From IMG/VR virus record IMGVR_UViG_2657245486_000004, positions 54,277 through 74,276 of that record: a stretch of DNA of 20,000 nt. One strand, 5' to 3'. This document shows, piece by piece, positions 1-8,664 of the stretch; position 1 is the stretch's first letter, and each line of letters begins with the position of its first letter. The notes beneath the pieces were generated by a model. It saw only the letters and a program-made list of their open reading frames with translations, was not told where the DNA came from and did no database searches. Made by a program: the position numbers and the translations under genes. The stretch is from an uncultured virus (IMG/VR IMGVR_UViG_2657245486_000004) (Duplodnaviria; Heunggongvirae; Uroviricota; Caudoviricetes).

Positions 1-1
1 C

Positions 2-514
2 ATTGATCAACGTGTTGCTAATGCAATTATTGATGCAGCAAATACAATTTTATCTGCAAAGCAAAATGATCAAGATATTGTTGAGTTTGTAAAGCAGCAA
101 GGGCTTTTTGAGGATCTAGGAGAAGGTGTTGCTGAGCTCGCCGTATTTCTCGCCAAGAATAGCCGCAGTTCAAAAAAAATGAGTATGTTATTTAAAGCAT
201 TAGCTGAATTTGCAGAGAAACAGGCTTTAGATAGTAGTAATGTAGGCTTGTTTGGTGAACCTGAACCAGTAAGTGTAAAAGATGCTATCCAATATGCACA
301 ACAAGTGCTTGGTGATGATTTCATTAGTGTGCAAATGTACGATTCCTTGGTAGATTCCAGCAGTTCAAGTAGCCCTAAAATAATTCGATTAACGAAAGAG
401 GGGGCTGAACGTTTCCACAGTGCTTTGAAAGTTAAAATTGATCAAAGTAATGACAAGGAAAATCAAGAAGGGAACAAAATTAATGACATTCTTTTTGAAG
501 AATTAGAAGTTTAG
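2..514 (+). CDS. C-terminal part of a larger protein (5' end outside the window); probably DdrB-like/polyvalent phage protein
   Basis: The frame of ORF 179..514 is open back to base 2 (IDQRVANAIIDAAN...QQGLFED...FLAKNSRSSKKM...GLFGEPEP). The QxxLF...NxRS pattern recalls P1 DdrB-like domains, and it sits next to a DarB-like gene. Confidence 0.55.
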   Translation: MDQRVANAIIDAANTILSAKQNDQDIVEFVKQQGLFEDLGEGVAELAVFLAKNSRSSKKMSMLFKALAEFAEKQALDSSNVGLFGEPEPVSVKDAIQYAQQVLGDDFISVQMYDSLVDSSSSSSPKIIRLTKEGAERFHSALKVKIDQSNDKENQEGNKINDILFEELEV

Positions 515-551
515 ATCTGGAACCTACTAAAAATTAGATACTTACGATCAT

Positions 552-582
552 TCAACATAGGAATGTAAAGTTCCTATGTTGA
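552..582 (+). promoter_or_regulatory. 12-bp perfect stem-loop overlapping the RBS of the helicase-MTase gene
   Basis: TCAACATAGGAA-tgtaaag-TTCCTATGTTGA; its 3' arm overlaps the first 2 nt of the SD GAGGGA (581-586); no U-tract. Confidence 0.6.
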
Positions 583-589
583 GGGATAT

Positions 590-3500
590 ATGTCCATCTT
601 AAAGCTCAAACCAATCACTAAAGACACAGTATTGGTTGCAATTTATTACATGATTGATTTCATGCATTATCAGAGCAATATTGCTCGATTTTTCCTTCTT
701 ATAATCCATAAGCAAATAGAACTTAACTTGTCTGTAGCAAAGCAAGCTTTAGCTTTTGCCCGTCAAGAAAGTGACTTTCCAAAATTGGATGAAGTTATTG
801 AAGTCTTATATAACGAGGCTATCAAAAACATTGATGAATCAGTTATCCAACACCTTAATAACAGTTCCAGAAATGTTATTGAACAGCTAGAGACTATTGT
901 CAGTCTTTTTGCTTGCGATAAAGAGCTGAAGCCATACACCACTAAAAAGAATAAAACACTACAGGTTATTGGTCTTAAAGGCATCAAATTAACCAAAGCT
1001 AAAGAGTTTGACCCCTATGCCTTTTATTATCAGGGTGAAATTCTTGTACGCTCAAAACATCTTAAAGCTATTCCAGACTCTCTTCTTTCAGAAGATCAGC
1101 AACTTGTAAAAGGATTATTCTTACATGTATCAAATACCAATTCAGATGTGGAATCAGTTGGCGAATTTCGTCTCAGATCCAGAGGACCAATTGTTTCTAC
1201 AACTGGATCAGGAAAAGATGAACTTGAGGCTTCAGAAGCAGTCAGAAATGATGGAGAAGTTGGGGTACTCAGAGACAGTAATACTGGCTTACCAAAAAGT
1301 GATGATGCAAGTTTACTTGGCGGCCGAAATCCTAGAAATGAATCTTCAAATGGAGATAGTGGAACCAGTGCTAACCGGATTAACAGCAGCGGAAGCAGTG
1401 AACTATCTGGTAAGAGATCATCTCTTAAACGAGCAAGAGATCGATCAATTGTACAATCTGCTAAATCAGTTAGAGCTGCCATAGATGAAAAGCTAGAAGC
1501 TCAATTAAAAGCAGATAATGTAGAAACAATTTGGAGCGATGCTTCAAATATTGACGCAGCTTTGCCATATCTGCAACTGGCACAACGTGGTGATGTTTTA
1601 AAAACTGAAAAGCGGTTAATTGAGGAAAATAAGAAGGGTATTCTTTTTACTAACGGCACTGGTACAGGTAAAACCTTTACTGGGCTTGGAGTGGCAAAGC
1701 GTTTTATTAATGCTGGTCTCAAGAATATTTTGATTGTTACCTTGAATGATAAGATTGCAAATGACTTTGTAAAAAGCTCAAGTCCGTTGAATATCAAAGC
1801 TTACAAATTAAAAAGTATTAAAGATAACGGCGGTAAGGAACACACAGTCGTGGTCACAACCTTTGCTAATTTTGGACAAAATAAAAGTTTAGTTCACAAA
1901 CATTGGGACCTGATATTAATTGATGAGGCACATACTCTATCGCAATCATCCGATGGTAAAGCAACTGCAGCATTAAACAAACTAAGAGCATTAACCGGGC
2001 ATTTGCATGGTTTTAGTGAATGGTTTGAAGATAAATTTGCTGATCAGATGCCAATTGAAGAGCTCGATGAAGATGGTAAAGAAACAGAACAATACCTAAG
2101 CGCTTATAACAAAATGCAGGTCCTTCGAAATGAACAACGAAAGATCTGGAATTTGAATTGGAAACACCAGAAAAGTAAGGTCAAAGTTGTTTTCTTATCT
2201 GCTACGCCATTTAGTTATCACTTTTCACTTGATTGGGCGGAAGGCTATTTATTTGATTATATGTCTCCTTCAGTATCTGTTGATGACCAAGGTAATTTAG
2301 CTGAAGGCTTTAGTAAAGCTCGAGAGCACTTCTATATGGGAAATCTTGGATATCGAAAGCGATATGGTAAGTTGACGCGACCAGAAGCTAAGGTGGATAC
2401 AGGTGTACTTGAAAGACAGTTCGCCGAAAATCTTAAAAACACTGGTGCTATGTCTGGGCGGGATTTAGAAGTAAATTTTGACTATGATCGTAAATTCATT
2501 CTAATTGGCTCTCGTGTTGGTGAACTTATTGATGAAGGTTTAACTTATCTTCGCAATGGTTATAAAGAAATAGAAGGGCACAAAACACGAACTTTTGAAG
2601 AATGGGCTGCTCAGACTGGTAAACCAACCACAGGCTGGGGGCGTCATGCATCTATGCAAGAATATGATCGGTTATTCACTGGAAACCGTTTTAAAAACAT
2701 ATATGAAATTATTGCAAAACGCTTTGATTACTTAGCAAGACGCCGTTTGTTAGAAGCTATTAAAGCTGAAGCTTGTGTTGATATGGTGAAAAAGCACTTA
2801 GCATTAGGCCGTAAAGTAGTAATTTTTCATGATTATAACGAAGGCGGTGGTTTTGCACCTTTCTTGATTAGTAAGCTTGATATCGAAAAATATGAAAGCC
2901 CACTTAGAGAAGATATTGAGCTTGAATATAATACATTCAAAGAAAATAGACCGGATCTAGTAAATCTCAATCTTGATTATGAATCACCTGTTGAAACTTT
3001 AAAGAATGCATTTCCTAATGCTCTTTTATTTAATGGTCGTCTTTCAAAGCAACAACGTGAAACTAATGTAGCGTTATTTAATACAGATGATAGCGGGCAC
3101 GATATTCTCATTCTGCAGTCTGATGCTGGCTCTACTGGAATTAGCTTGCATGATACAACTGGTAAACACCAGCGAGTACTCATTAATATCGGTCAACCAA
3201 CAAAGCCAGCCAAGTTGAGACAGACGGAAGGGCGTATCTATCGAACCGGACAAGCATCAAATGCTATTCAGAGATACTTGACTACTGGTACTGCATGGGA
3301 ACGGGCTGCATTTGCAGACACGATTGCTGGACGCGCAGAAACAGTAGATAACTTTGCAAAAGGTGCTGATGCTGTAGTAAGTATCAAAGAAGCGTTAATT
3401 CAGGCTTATGAAGAAGCTAAATATGAAGAGCCAAGTCTAAATGATGGTATAGGCGGTAAAGCATATGATGAAGAAAATGCCCGTATTGCTAAGTTAACCC

Positions 3501-4420
3501 CATTTGATCAAGCACTAACATTCTACTATGCCAAAGGCAAACGTTCTGAAAGTCGTGATAACCGCGAAGGTAAGGAATGGTATGCAACGCCTGAACCTCT
3601 AGGATTCAAAATGATTGAATGGGCAGGGGTACACACTGGTGATTCTGTGCTTGAGCCTAGTGCTGGTGATGGAGCTATTGGTCGTTTTGTTCCGCAGGAT
3701 GTAGAGTTGACAATGATTGAACCGACTGAGTCTTTAGCTAGTCGTGCTCAAATGGCAAATACAGGTGCTAAAGTAATTGTTGATACATTCGAATCTTTAG
3801 AATCTTTGAATAAGTACCATGCGATTGTGATGAATCCGCCATTTGGTCATGCTGGCACTTTGGCAATTCAACATATCAAGAAGGCTTTTGGTCATCTTTA
3901 TGATGGTGGTCGGATTGTGGCCTTGGTACCACGTGGTTCGATGGATTCTAAAGTGGACGAATTTATTGATAGTACACCTGGTGCAATTCTGACAGCTGAA
4001 ATCTGGTTGCCTCAATCGACCTTTAAAAATGCTGGTACCGCCGTTTCAACTCGTATTATCATTATTGAAAAACATGCAGACTCTAATGATGTTCCAGCAA
4101 CACGAGAATTAGACTTTACGCACCTTACAAGTGTAGAGGATCTATTTTCAGAAATTCGCGATATCGCAATGCCACCTAGGAAACTACGCATTGACGAGCA
4201 GCTAGCTAAGTATGAACTTTATGTTAGAACTGAACGTAGCAAGTACGTTTTCAATGGCGATGGCGTTGATAAACCTCAGATCAAGAATATCATGCTGAAA
4301 TTCTGGGGTTCAGAAGTAAATGAGTTTGATGAGATTGTTATGCCATATAACAAATCTGCTGAAATCATTAAGAAGATTGATGAGTTTGAGCAAGAGAATA
4401 ATATTAATCTAGCTGCTTAA
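590..4420 (+). CDS. DarB-like polyvalent protein: SF2 (strawberry-notch-type) helicase fused to a C-terminal N6-adenine DNA methyltransferase
   Basis: Helicase motifs GTGTGKT, DEAH, SAT, GSTGISLHD and QTEGRIYR; MTase motifs WYATP, VLEPSAGDG and MNPPF; S/G/R-rich linker near residues 200-290. Confidence 0.85.
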   Translation: MSILKLKPITKDTVLVAIYYMIDFMHYQSNIARFFLLIIHKQIELNLSVAKQALAFARQESDFPKLDEVIEVLYNEAIKNIDESVIQHLNNSSRNVIEQLETIVSLFACDKELKPYTTKKNKTLQVIGLKGIKLTKAKEFDPYAFYYQGEILVRSKHLKAIPDSLLSEDQQLVKGLFLHVSNTNSDVESVGEFRLRSRGPIVSTTGSGKDELEASEAVRNDGEVGVLRDSNTGLPKSDDASLLGGRNPRNESSNGDSGTSANRINSSGSSELSGKRSSLKRARDRSIVQSAKSVRAAIDEKLEAQLKADNVETIWSDASNIDAALPYLQLAQRGDVLKTEKRLIEENKKGILFTNGTGTGKTFTGLGVAKRFINAGLKNILIVTLNDKIANDFVKSSSPLNIKAYKLKSIKDNGGKEHTVVVTTFANFGQNKSLVHKHWDLILIDEAHTLSQSSDGKATAALNKLRALTGHLHGFSEWFEDKFADQMPIEELDEDGKETEQYLSAYNKMQVLRNEQRKIWNLNWKHQKSKVKVVFLSATPFSYHFSLDWAEGYLFDYMSPSVSVDDQGNLAEGFSKAREHFYMGNLGYRKRYGKLTRPEAKVDTGVLERQFAENLKNTGAMSGRDLEVNFDYDRKFILIGSRVGELIDEGLTYLRNGYKEIEGHKTRTFEEWAAQTGKPTTGWGRHASMQEYDRLFTGNRFKNIYEIIAKRFDYLARRRLLEAIKAEACVDMVKKHLALGRKVVIFHDYNEGGGFAPFLISKLDIEKYESPLREDIELEYNTFKENRPDLVNLNLDYESPVETLKNAFPNALLFNGRLSKQQRETNVALFNTDDSGHDILILQSDAGSTGISLHDTTGKHQRVLINIGQPTKPAKLRQTEGRIYRTGQASNAIQRYLTTGTAWERAAFADTIAGRAETVDNFAKGADAVVSIKEALIQAYEEAKYEEPSLNDGIGGKAYDEENARIAKLTPFDQALTFYYAKGKRSESRDNREGKEWYATPEPLGFKMIEWAGVHTGDSVLEPSAGDGAIGRFVPQDVELTMIEPTESLASRAQMANTGAKVIVDTFESLESLNKYHAIVMNPPFGHAGTLAIQHIKKAFGHLYDGGRIVALVPRGSMDSKVDEFIDSTPGAILTAEIWLPQSTFKNAGTAVSTRIIIIEKHADSNDVPATRELDFTHLTSVEDLFSEIRDIAMPPRKLRIDEQLAKYELYVRTERSKYVFNGDGVDKPQIKNIMLKFWGSEVNEFDEIVMPYNKSAEIIKKIDEFEQENNINLAA

Positions 4421-4430
4421 CATAAGTAAT

Positions 4431-4460
4431 AAAAATACGCTCTTGATGAGCGTATTTTTT
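4431..4460. terminator. Bidirectional intrinsic terminator
   Basis: AAAAATACGCTC-ttgat-GAGCGTATTTTTT between convergent genes. Confidence 0.85.
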
Positions 4461-4518
4461 ATGAATTGTTGGATACAGCAAAATTAAATTTATAAATATT
4501 ATGTCTTTGAATTTCTCT

Positions 4519-5580
4519 TTATTTGGGAATCATTGAACTTGCATATGAACTAATTAAACTTCGTGAAAGTAAAAATTTTTCTCCAACACTTTCAAGAAGA
4601 TTACCATGATCATCTACACTAAAATGAGCAATATGAGGATCATTAAATAAAAAATCAGGGAATGGATATTTAGCATGAGGATTATGAAAAATATATAAAC
4701 CATCAAAGATTGATTCTTTATATTCTTCTTTAGGAATCCCTTCGCGGATATCAGGAATTAATGTACTCTCACTTACGTCATCCCTAGTGTAAAGTGCATT
4801 AAAGAAAGTAGTTTTATTTGCTTCACTTACTTCAGCTAATGCTCGAACTTTCCCCCAAGTTGCATATGGGTTATAAATTACAGCACTAATATCTTCATAC
4901 TCTGAAGTCTTAAAAAAACCTAGGGGAATTTCTGCACCATTATCTTTTTCAATAAAATCCATTCTTTCTCTTGGCAAGTAGTTGAGTTTATCTGAAATAG
5001 CCTTTTCCTCATTAAGATAAATTCCATATAGAACAGCAATTAAACCGCGATGACCTATAAAATGGGAATGAGGTCGATCAAAAGAATTAAGACCTAAAAT
5101 AAAAGGCTTACCCATAACATGAGATAAATCTTTATATGATTTTTTAAACTTTTGATTTTTAGAGACAATTGAATTGGCTAATCTAATAATTGATTTTCTA
5201 TTGAATTCTTTAAAGTTAATTTGAAAATCTAAATGTGCATCTGTAAAACCAAATGCTGGTAGGCCATCTTGTTCTGGGTTGGCAATTGTTGCTTCAATAC
5301 AAAAAGGTGAATTATTTTTGTTACATACAAAGTCAGGCGCATGATGATTATAATCTATATCAATATTTTCAGATTTCAGGATTTTATTTAGATATAATTC
5401 CCAAAAAGAAGACTCAAAAGTAGTTTGGAATTCTTTTACAAATTTATTATCCCTATCAACAAATCCATTTGCCCAATCTAATAAAACATTCCTTTCAGCA
5501 TACATTGCTTCATTTAATAACAATTTAAAAATTTTATGCTGTTTTTCGCTTTCAACAATAGGTGTAAATAAATCTAACAT
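4519..5580 (-). CDS. Restriction-endonuclease-fold (PD-(D/E)XK-like) moron protein, candidate defence gene
   Basis: 353-aa ORF with FWELYL...APDFVC...CIEAT motif; opposite orientation to the phage genes; very AT-rich upstream region. Confidence 0.55.
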   Translation of the reverse strand: MLDLFTPIVESEKQHKIFKLLLNEAMYAERNVLLDWANGFVDRDNKFVKEFQTTFESSFWELYLNKILKSENIDIDYNHHAPDFVCNKNNSPFCIEATIANPEQDGLPAFGFTDAHLDFQINFKEFNRKSIIRLANSIVSKNQKFKKSYKDLSHVMGKPFILGLNSFDRPHSHFIGHRGLIAVLYGIYLNEEKAISDKLNYLPRERMDFIEKDNGAEIPLGFFKTSEYEDISAVIYNPYATWGKVRALAEVSEANKTTFFNALYTRDDVSESTLIPDIREGIPKEEYKESIFDGLYIFHNPHAKYPFPDFLFNDPHIAHFSVDDHGNLLESVGEKFLLSRSLISSYASSMIPK

Positions 5581-5784
5581 TTTTTATTTCTCAAAGAATA
5601 TTTTTAAATAAAAATTTTAAATTTCATAATACTAAAAAATTATTAAAAATCAAATCTATATGAAAAACTGTAATTAGCGTATTTTCAAAACTTTTTTATC
5701 AGTTTTTAATGCTGGAACAAAGCTAATAAGTGTCCTTATTTTTTAATTAATAATAGCTTAATTTTTATAAATTAGTACTTAAAC

Positions 5785-6579
5785 ATGTCCAAAGCTTTAG
5801 CTTATGCACCAGCTGTAAATACAGCAAAAACTAATTTACCAAGTAATGAATCAGATCCATTCTATGGTTCTATTTCAAAGCACAAATACGCAGAGTTTTC
5901 TCTATGTGACAAAGAGGGGAATCCTATTGCTGGCTCGCCAGTGATTAGAGCCTTATTAACGGACGGTGATAAAAGCATTGAGAGCCAATGGCAAACTCCA
6001 TTTGAGAATAGTAATCCTGAGCTAAAAATGCCTATGCTCATGGCAGGCTTACAATCAGGTCAGCTATCACAAGTCGCTGAACAGATGCAAAGTAATCCCA
6101 TAGCTCAAGTTTTATCAAAACTTGGGGTTCAAGATGCTATGCAGAGCGTTGAAGGGCGTACCAATCTAACTAAAGTGAATACAACTCAAGTATTCCTATC
6201 TACTTCTTCAGTACGGCTCAACCTTTCTATTTTCTTCCTTGCCTTTAGTGATGCGAAAACAGAAGTTGAAGACAGGATCATGCAATTAGAGGCTTGGAGT
6301 CTTCCAGTTTCTTTATCTTCTGATTCTACACTTCAGAATGTGGTTAATGACTCAAACTCAACTTTAGAAGGGTTGTTTTCAGGTGTAATCCCACCCTTTG
6401 TGTCTCTGACAACTCACGGCAAAACTTATAAACCTTTCATTATTGAAAGTGTTTCTGCACCAATTGTTGCGCCAATTGATGAGAAAGGTAACCGGTTAAG
6501 TTTGGCCGTGAATATAAGTTTGATGAGTCGAACTGCATGGGATTCAAAAGACATTTATTCATTGTATGGAGGCAACTAA
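5785..6579 (+). CDS. Phage protein, possibly tail tube initiator/baseplate component
   Basis: 264-aa ORF with a beta-rich C-terminus (PPFVSLTTHGKTYKPFIIESVS) as in tube-like folds; lies upstream of the lysis genes; function inferred. Confidence 0.4.
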   Translation: MSKALAYAPAVNTAKTNLPSNESDPFYGSISKHKYAEFSLCDKEGNPIAGSPVIRALLTDGDKSIESQWQTPFENSNPELKMPMLMAGLQSGQLSQVAEQMQSNPIAQVLSKLGVQDAMQSVEGRTNLTKVNTTQVFLSTSSVRLNLSIFFLAFSDAKTEVEDRIMQLEAWSLPVSLSSDSTLQNVVNDSNSTLEGLFSGVIPPFVSLTTHGKTYKPFIIESVSAPIVAPIDEKGNRLSLAVNISLMSRTAWDSKDIYSLYGGN

Positions 6580-7277
6580 TGATTACTTTTGATCCAGTGT
6601 ATGTAGGCGATAATACTTTTCAAATGCAAGAATTGAGTTTTGAGCAGTGTCTTAAAATTTCAATCATTGCGCCGAATTTAAATGAAAAAAGACTTACAGC
6701 TTTTCTTAAATCAGCTTTAGATAGTGTGTTTGATCCTTTGGTTTTAACTATTCAAGAACGATATTTACTGCTGCTGAAGTATCTTGAAAAACAAAGTAAT
6801 ACTATGTTGGAGGTGAACACAGACTGGTCTAAAGTTTTCCTTCAATCAGAAAATAATTGGAAAACTGAAACTACTCAAAATGGAATTACGGTTAGACAGC
6901 TTATTGGAATGGAAGCGGAGTTCTTAGAGGCAAATTGTAAGAATGTCGCTGAATGGATTGCCTGCATGATGGCTTTTCAGTTGAGTTATTCTAATCATGA
7001 GCACTTAGCTTTATTACCGGATAGAACAAATCCTAAATTATTTGAAGAACGATTTAAGCAGCGGCTAGATTTTATTAAGAAAATGCCAGCTAGTGATTTT
7101 GATTTGTGCTATCAAGACTTTAATAATTTAAACAATGAGTTATTTACTCATTTACGGTTAAGCGTTGATAACCACGGTATTTTAGTGGAAAGAGGTGCAG
7201 ATGACGCGCCTGCACGATTTCGCACCGCTTCCATCTTTACAGGAATCATCAAAGAGTTGGACCGATCTTTTGCTTGA
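6579..7277 (+). CDS. Phage protein, possibly baseplate/tail assembly protein (232 aa)
   Basis: Start moved from 6537 to ATG 6579, which has a TAATG overlap with the previous stop and SD GGAGG at 6568-6572. Confidence 0.45.
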   Translation: MITFDPVYVGDNTFQMQELSFEQCLKISIIAPNLNEKRLTAFLKSALDSVFDPLVLTIQERYLLLLKYLEKQSNTMLEVNTDWSKVFLQSENNWKTETTQNGITVRQLIGMEAEFLEANCKNVAEWIACMMAFQLSYSNHEHLALLPDRTNPKLFEERFKQRLDFIKKMPASDFDLCYQDFNNLNNELFTHLRLSVDNHGILVERGADDAPARFRTASIFTGIIKELDRSFA

Positions 7278-7488
7278 GACAGCAAGTAGTATTTCTGAAA
7301 ACTGCCCAATGCCTTTATCGGATGCATTAAAAATGCCTTTGAGTTTTGAAAGTACTTACTTCAATTCATCAGCATGGGAAAACCGCAAGAAGTATTTAGA
7401 AAATGAAATTGAACGTCATAACGTATTCTTAAAATTAGGTCAAGAAGTCATTAAGGGATTAAATGCCCTAGCAAGTAGAGGCCGATAG
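7201..7488 (+). CDS. Small phage protein resembling tail-assembly-chaperone extensions/baseplate assembly factors
   Basis: ATG 7201 preceded by AGAGGT (7191-7196); PLSDALKMPLS motif; followed by a terminator; overlaps the upstream gene by 77 nt. Confidence 0.45.
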   Translation: MTRLHDFAPLPSLQESSKSWTDLLLETASSISENCPMPLSDALKMPLSFESTYFNSSAWENRKKYLENEIERHNVFLKLGQEVIKGLNALASRGR

Positions 7489-7499
7489 TTTTCATGTAG

Positions 7500-7526
7500 A
7501 AAAGTCTGATTAATTTAGACTTTTTT
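7500..7526 (+). terminator. Intrinsic terminator
   Basis: AAAAGTCTGA-ttaat-TTAGACTTTTTT. Confidence 0.65.
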
Positions 7527-7609
7527 CGTGCTTTGTATTTGGAACCATACTCTATTTAGAACAATAACACTTGCAAAAATAGCTCCAAATGAAACGTGGG
7601 GAATAGGTC

Positions 7610-7897
7610 ATGTCTGATCATCAGGCAATTGAAGTCACAGTCACAACTTTTGCTAATAAAACTACCTTCTGGAGTGGTTTAGCAAGCGCATTTGGTTCTT
7701 TAACTTCAATTAATTGGTTGAGCTATACAGGTGCAATAGTGGCTGTTGTTGGCCTATTCATAAGTTTCATTTTTCAGTGGAGACGTGACCGCAGAGAACG
7801 TAAAGAAAGTGAATTACGTGAAAAAGAAAGCGAATTACGAATCAAAGCTTTAGAAGCTCTAGAGCAAGATAATTTACGAAAGAGGAAAGATGAATGA
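7610..7897 (+). CDS. Holin
   Basis: 95 aa with hydrophobic segments and a highly charged C-tail; ATGA overlap with the endolysin gene. Confidence 0.75.
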   Translation: MSDHQAIEVTVTTFANKTTFWSGLASAFGSLTSINWLSYTGAIVAVVGLFISFIFQWRRDRRERKESELREKESELRIKALEALEQDNLRKRKDE

Positions 7898-8664
7898 AGT
7901 TAATTGAAAACAATGCTTGGCAGTATCTATCTGTTAAGTTACCCGCCGTAGGTGCATTCATCATGCTAATTTTATTGCCAGCACTACAATGGGGTGTTGA
8001 TTATGAAGTTATTCCTGAAAAATATCATGCATTTGTTACTGGTACTTTGATGCTTGTTCTGTCATGGATTGGAAAGAAAATTTCTCAACCACGACTTAAT
8101 GGCCCGCAATTAACAGGCCAGTTAGTAGGGATCAATTCTTTATTGAATATCCCAACACCAACAAAGCCTGATGAATTAGCTTGGATTGCAGAAGCAAAAA
8201 AGCATCTTGGCCTTCAAGAAATACCTGGTAAACAGCATAACCCAACTATTTTAAAATGGCTCTCGGAGCTAAAGGCTTGGTGGGCTGACGATGAAACGGC
8301 TTGGTGTGGGACCTTCGTTGCACATTGCTTGAAATCAGCTGGAATTGCTTATCCTAAGCATTGGTACCGTGCATTGGATTATGTGAATTATGGTACAAAA
8401 TTAGCTAAACCCGCTTACGGTTGTGTAGCTATTAAAACTCGAAAGGGTGGTGGGCATGTTTGTTTTGTAGTTGGCCGTGACAAAAAGTCTGGAAAGTTAG
8501 TATGCCTTGGAGGCAATCAGTCTAATAAAGTTTGTTATGCACTTTATAATGACTCTGACTTTCAAGAATTCAGATGGTATGGTCGTACAACTCAACCAGC
8601 TAGCAAACGTTACAACTTACCGCAATTAAGTGGCGTGACAGCAATTAGAGTTACTGAAGCATAA
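7894..8664 (+). CDS. TIGR02594-family (NlpC/P60-like) endolysin with an N-terminal two-TM holin-like domain
   Basis: WIAEAKKHLG, DDETAWCGTFV (catalytic Cys), GGGHVCFV (His) and LGGNQ; residues 1-68 contain two hydrophobic helices ending in KISQPRL. Confidence 0.85.
   Translation: MKLIENNAWQYLSVKLPAVGAFIMLILLPALQWGVDYEVIPEKYHAFVTGTLMLVLSWIGKKISQPRLNGPQLTGQLVGINSLLNIPTPTKPDELAWIAEAKKHLGLQEIPGKQHNPTILKWLSELKAWWADDETAWCGTFVAHCLKSAGIAYPKHWYRALDYVNYGTKLAKPAYGCVAIKTRKGGGHVCFVVGRDKKSGKLVCLGGNQSNKVCYALYNDSDFQEFRWYGRTTQPASKRYNLPQLSGVTAIRVTEA

Noticed and set aside
70..4015. Alternative or antisense ORFs 70..324, 763..996, 1096..1482, 1125..1484, 1501..1797, 2977..3183 and 3797..4015
   Set aside because: Shadows of long genes, with no motifs of their own
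7802..7839. 21-bp-period duplication in the holin tail (KESELR twice)
   Set aside because: Simple in-frame duplication in a charged tail; no evidence of separate function
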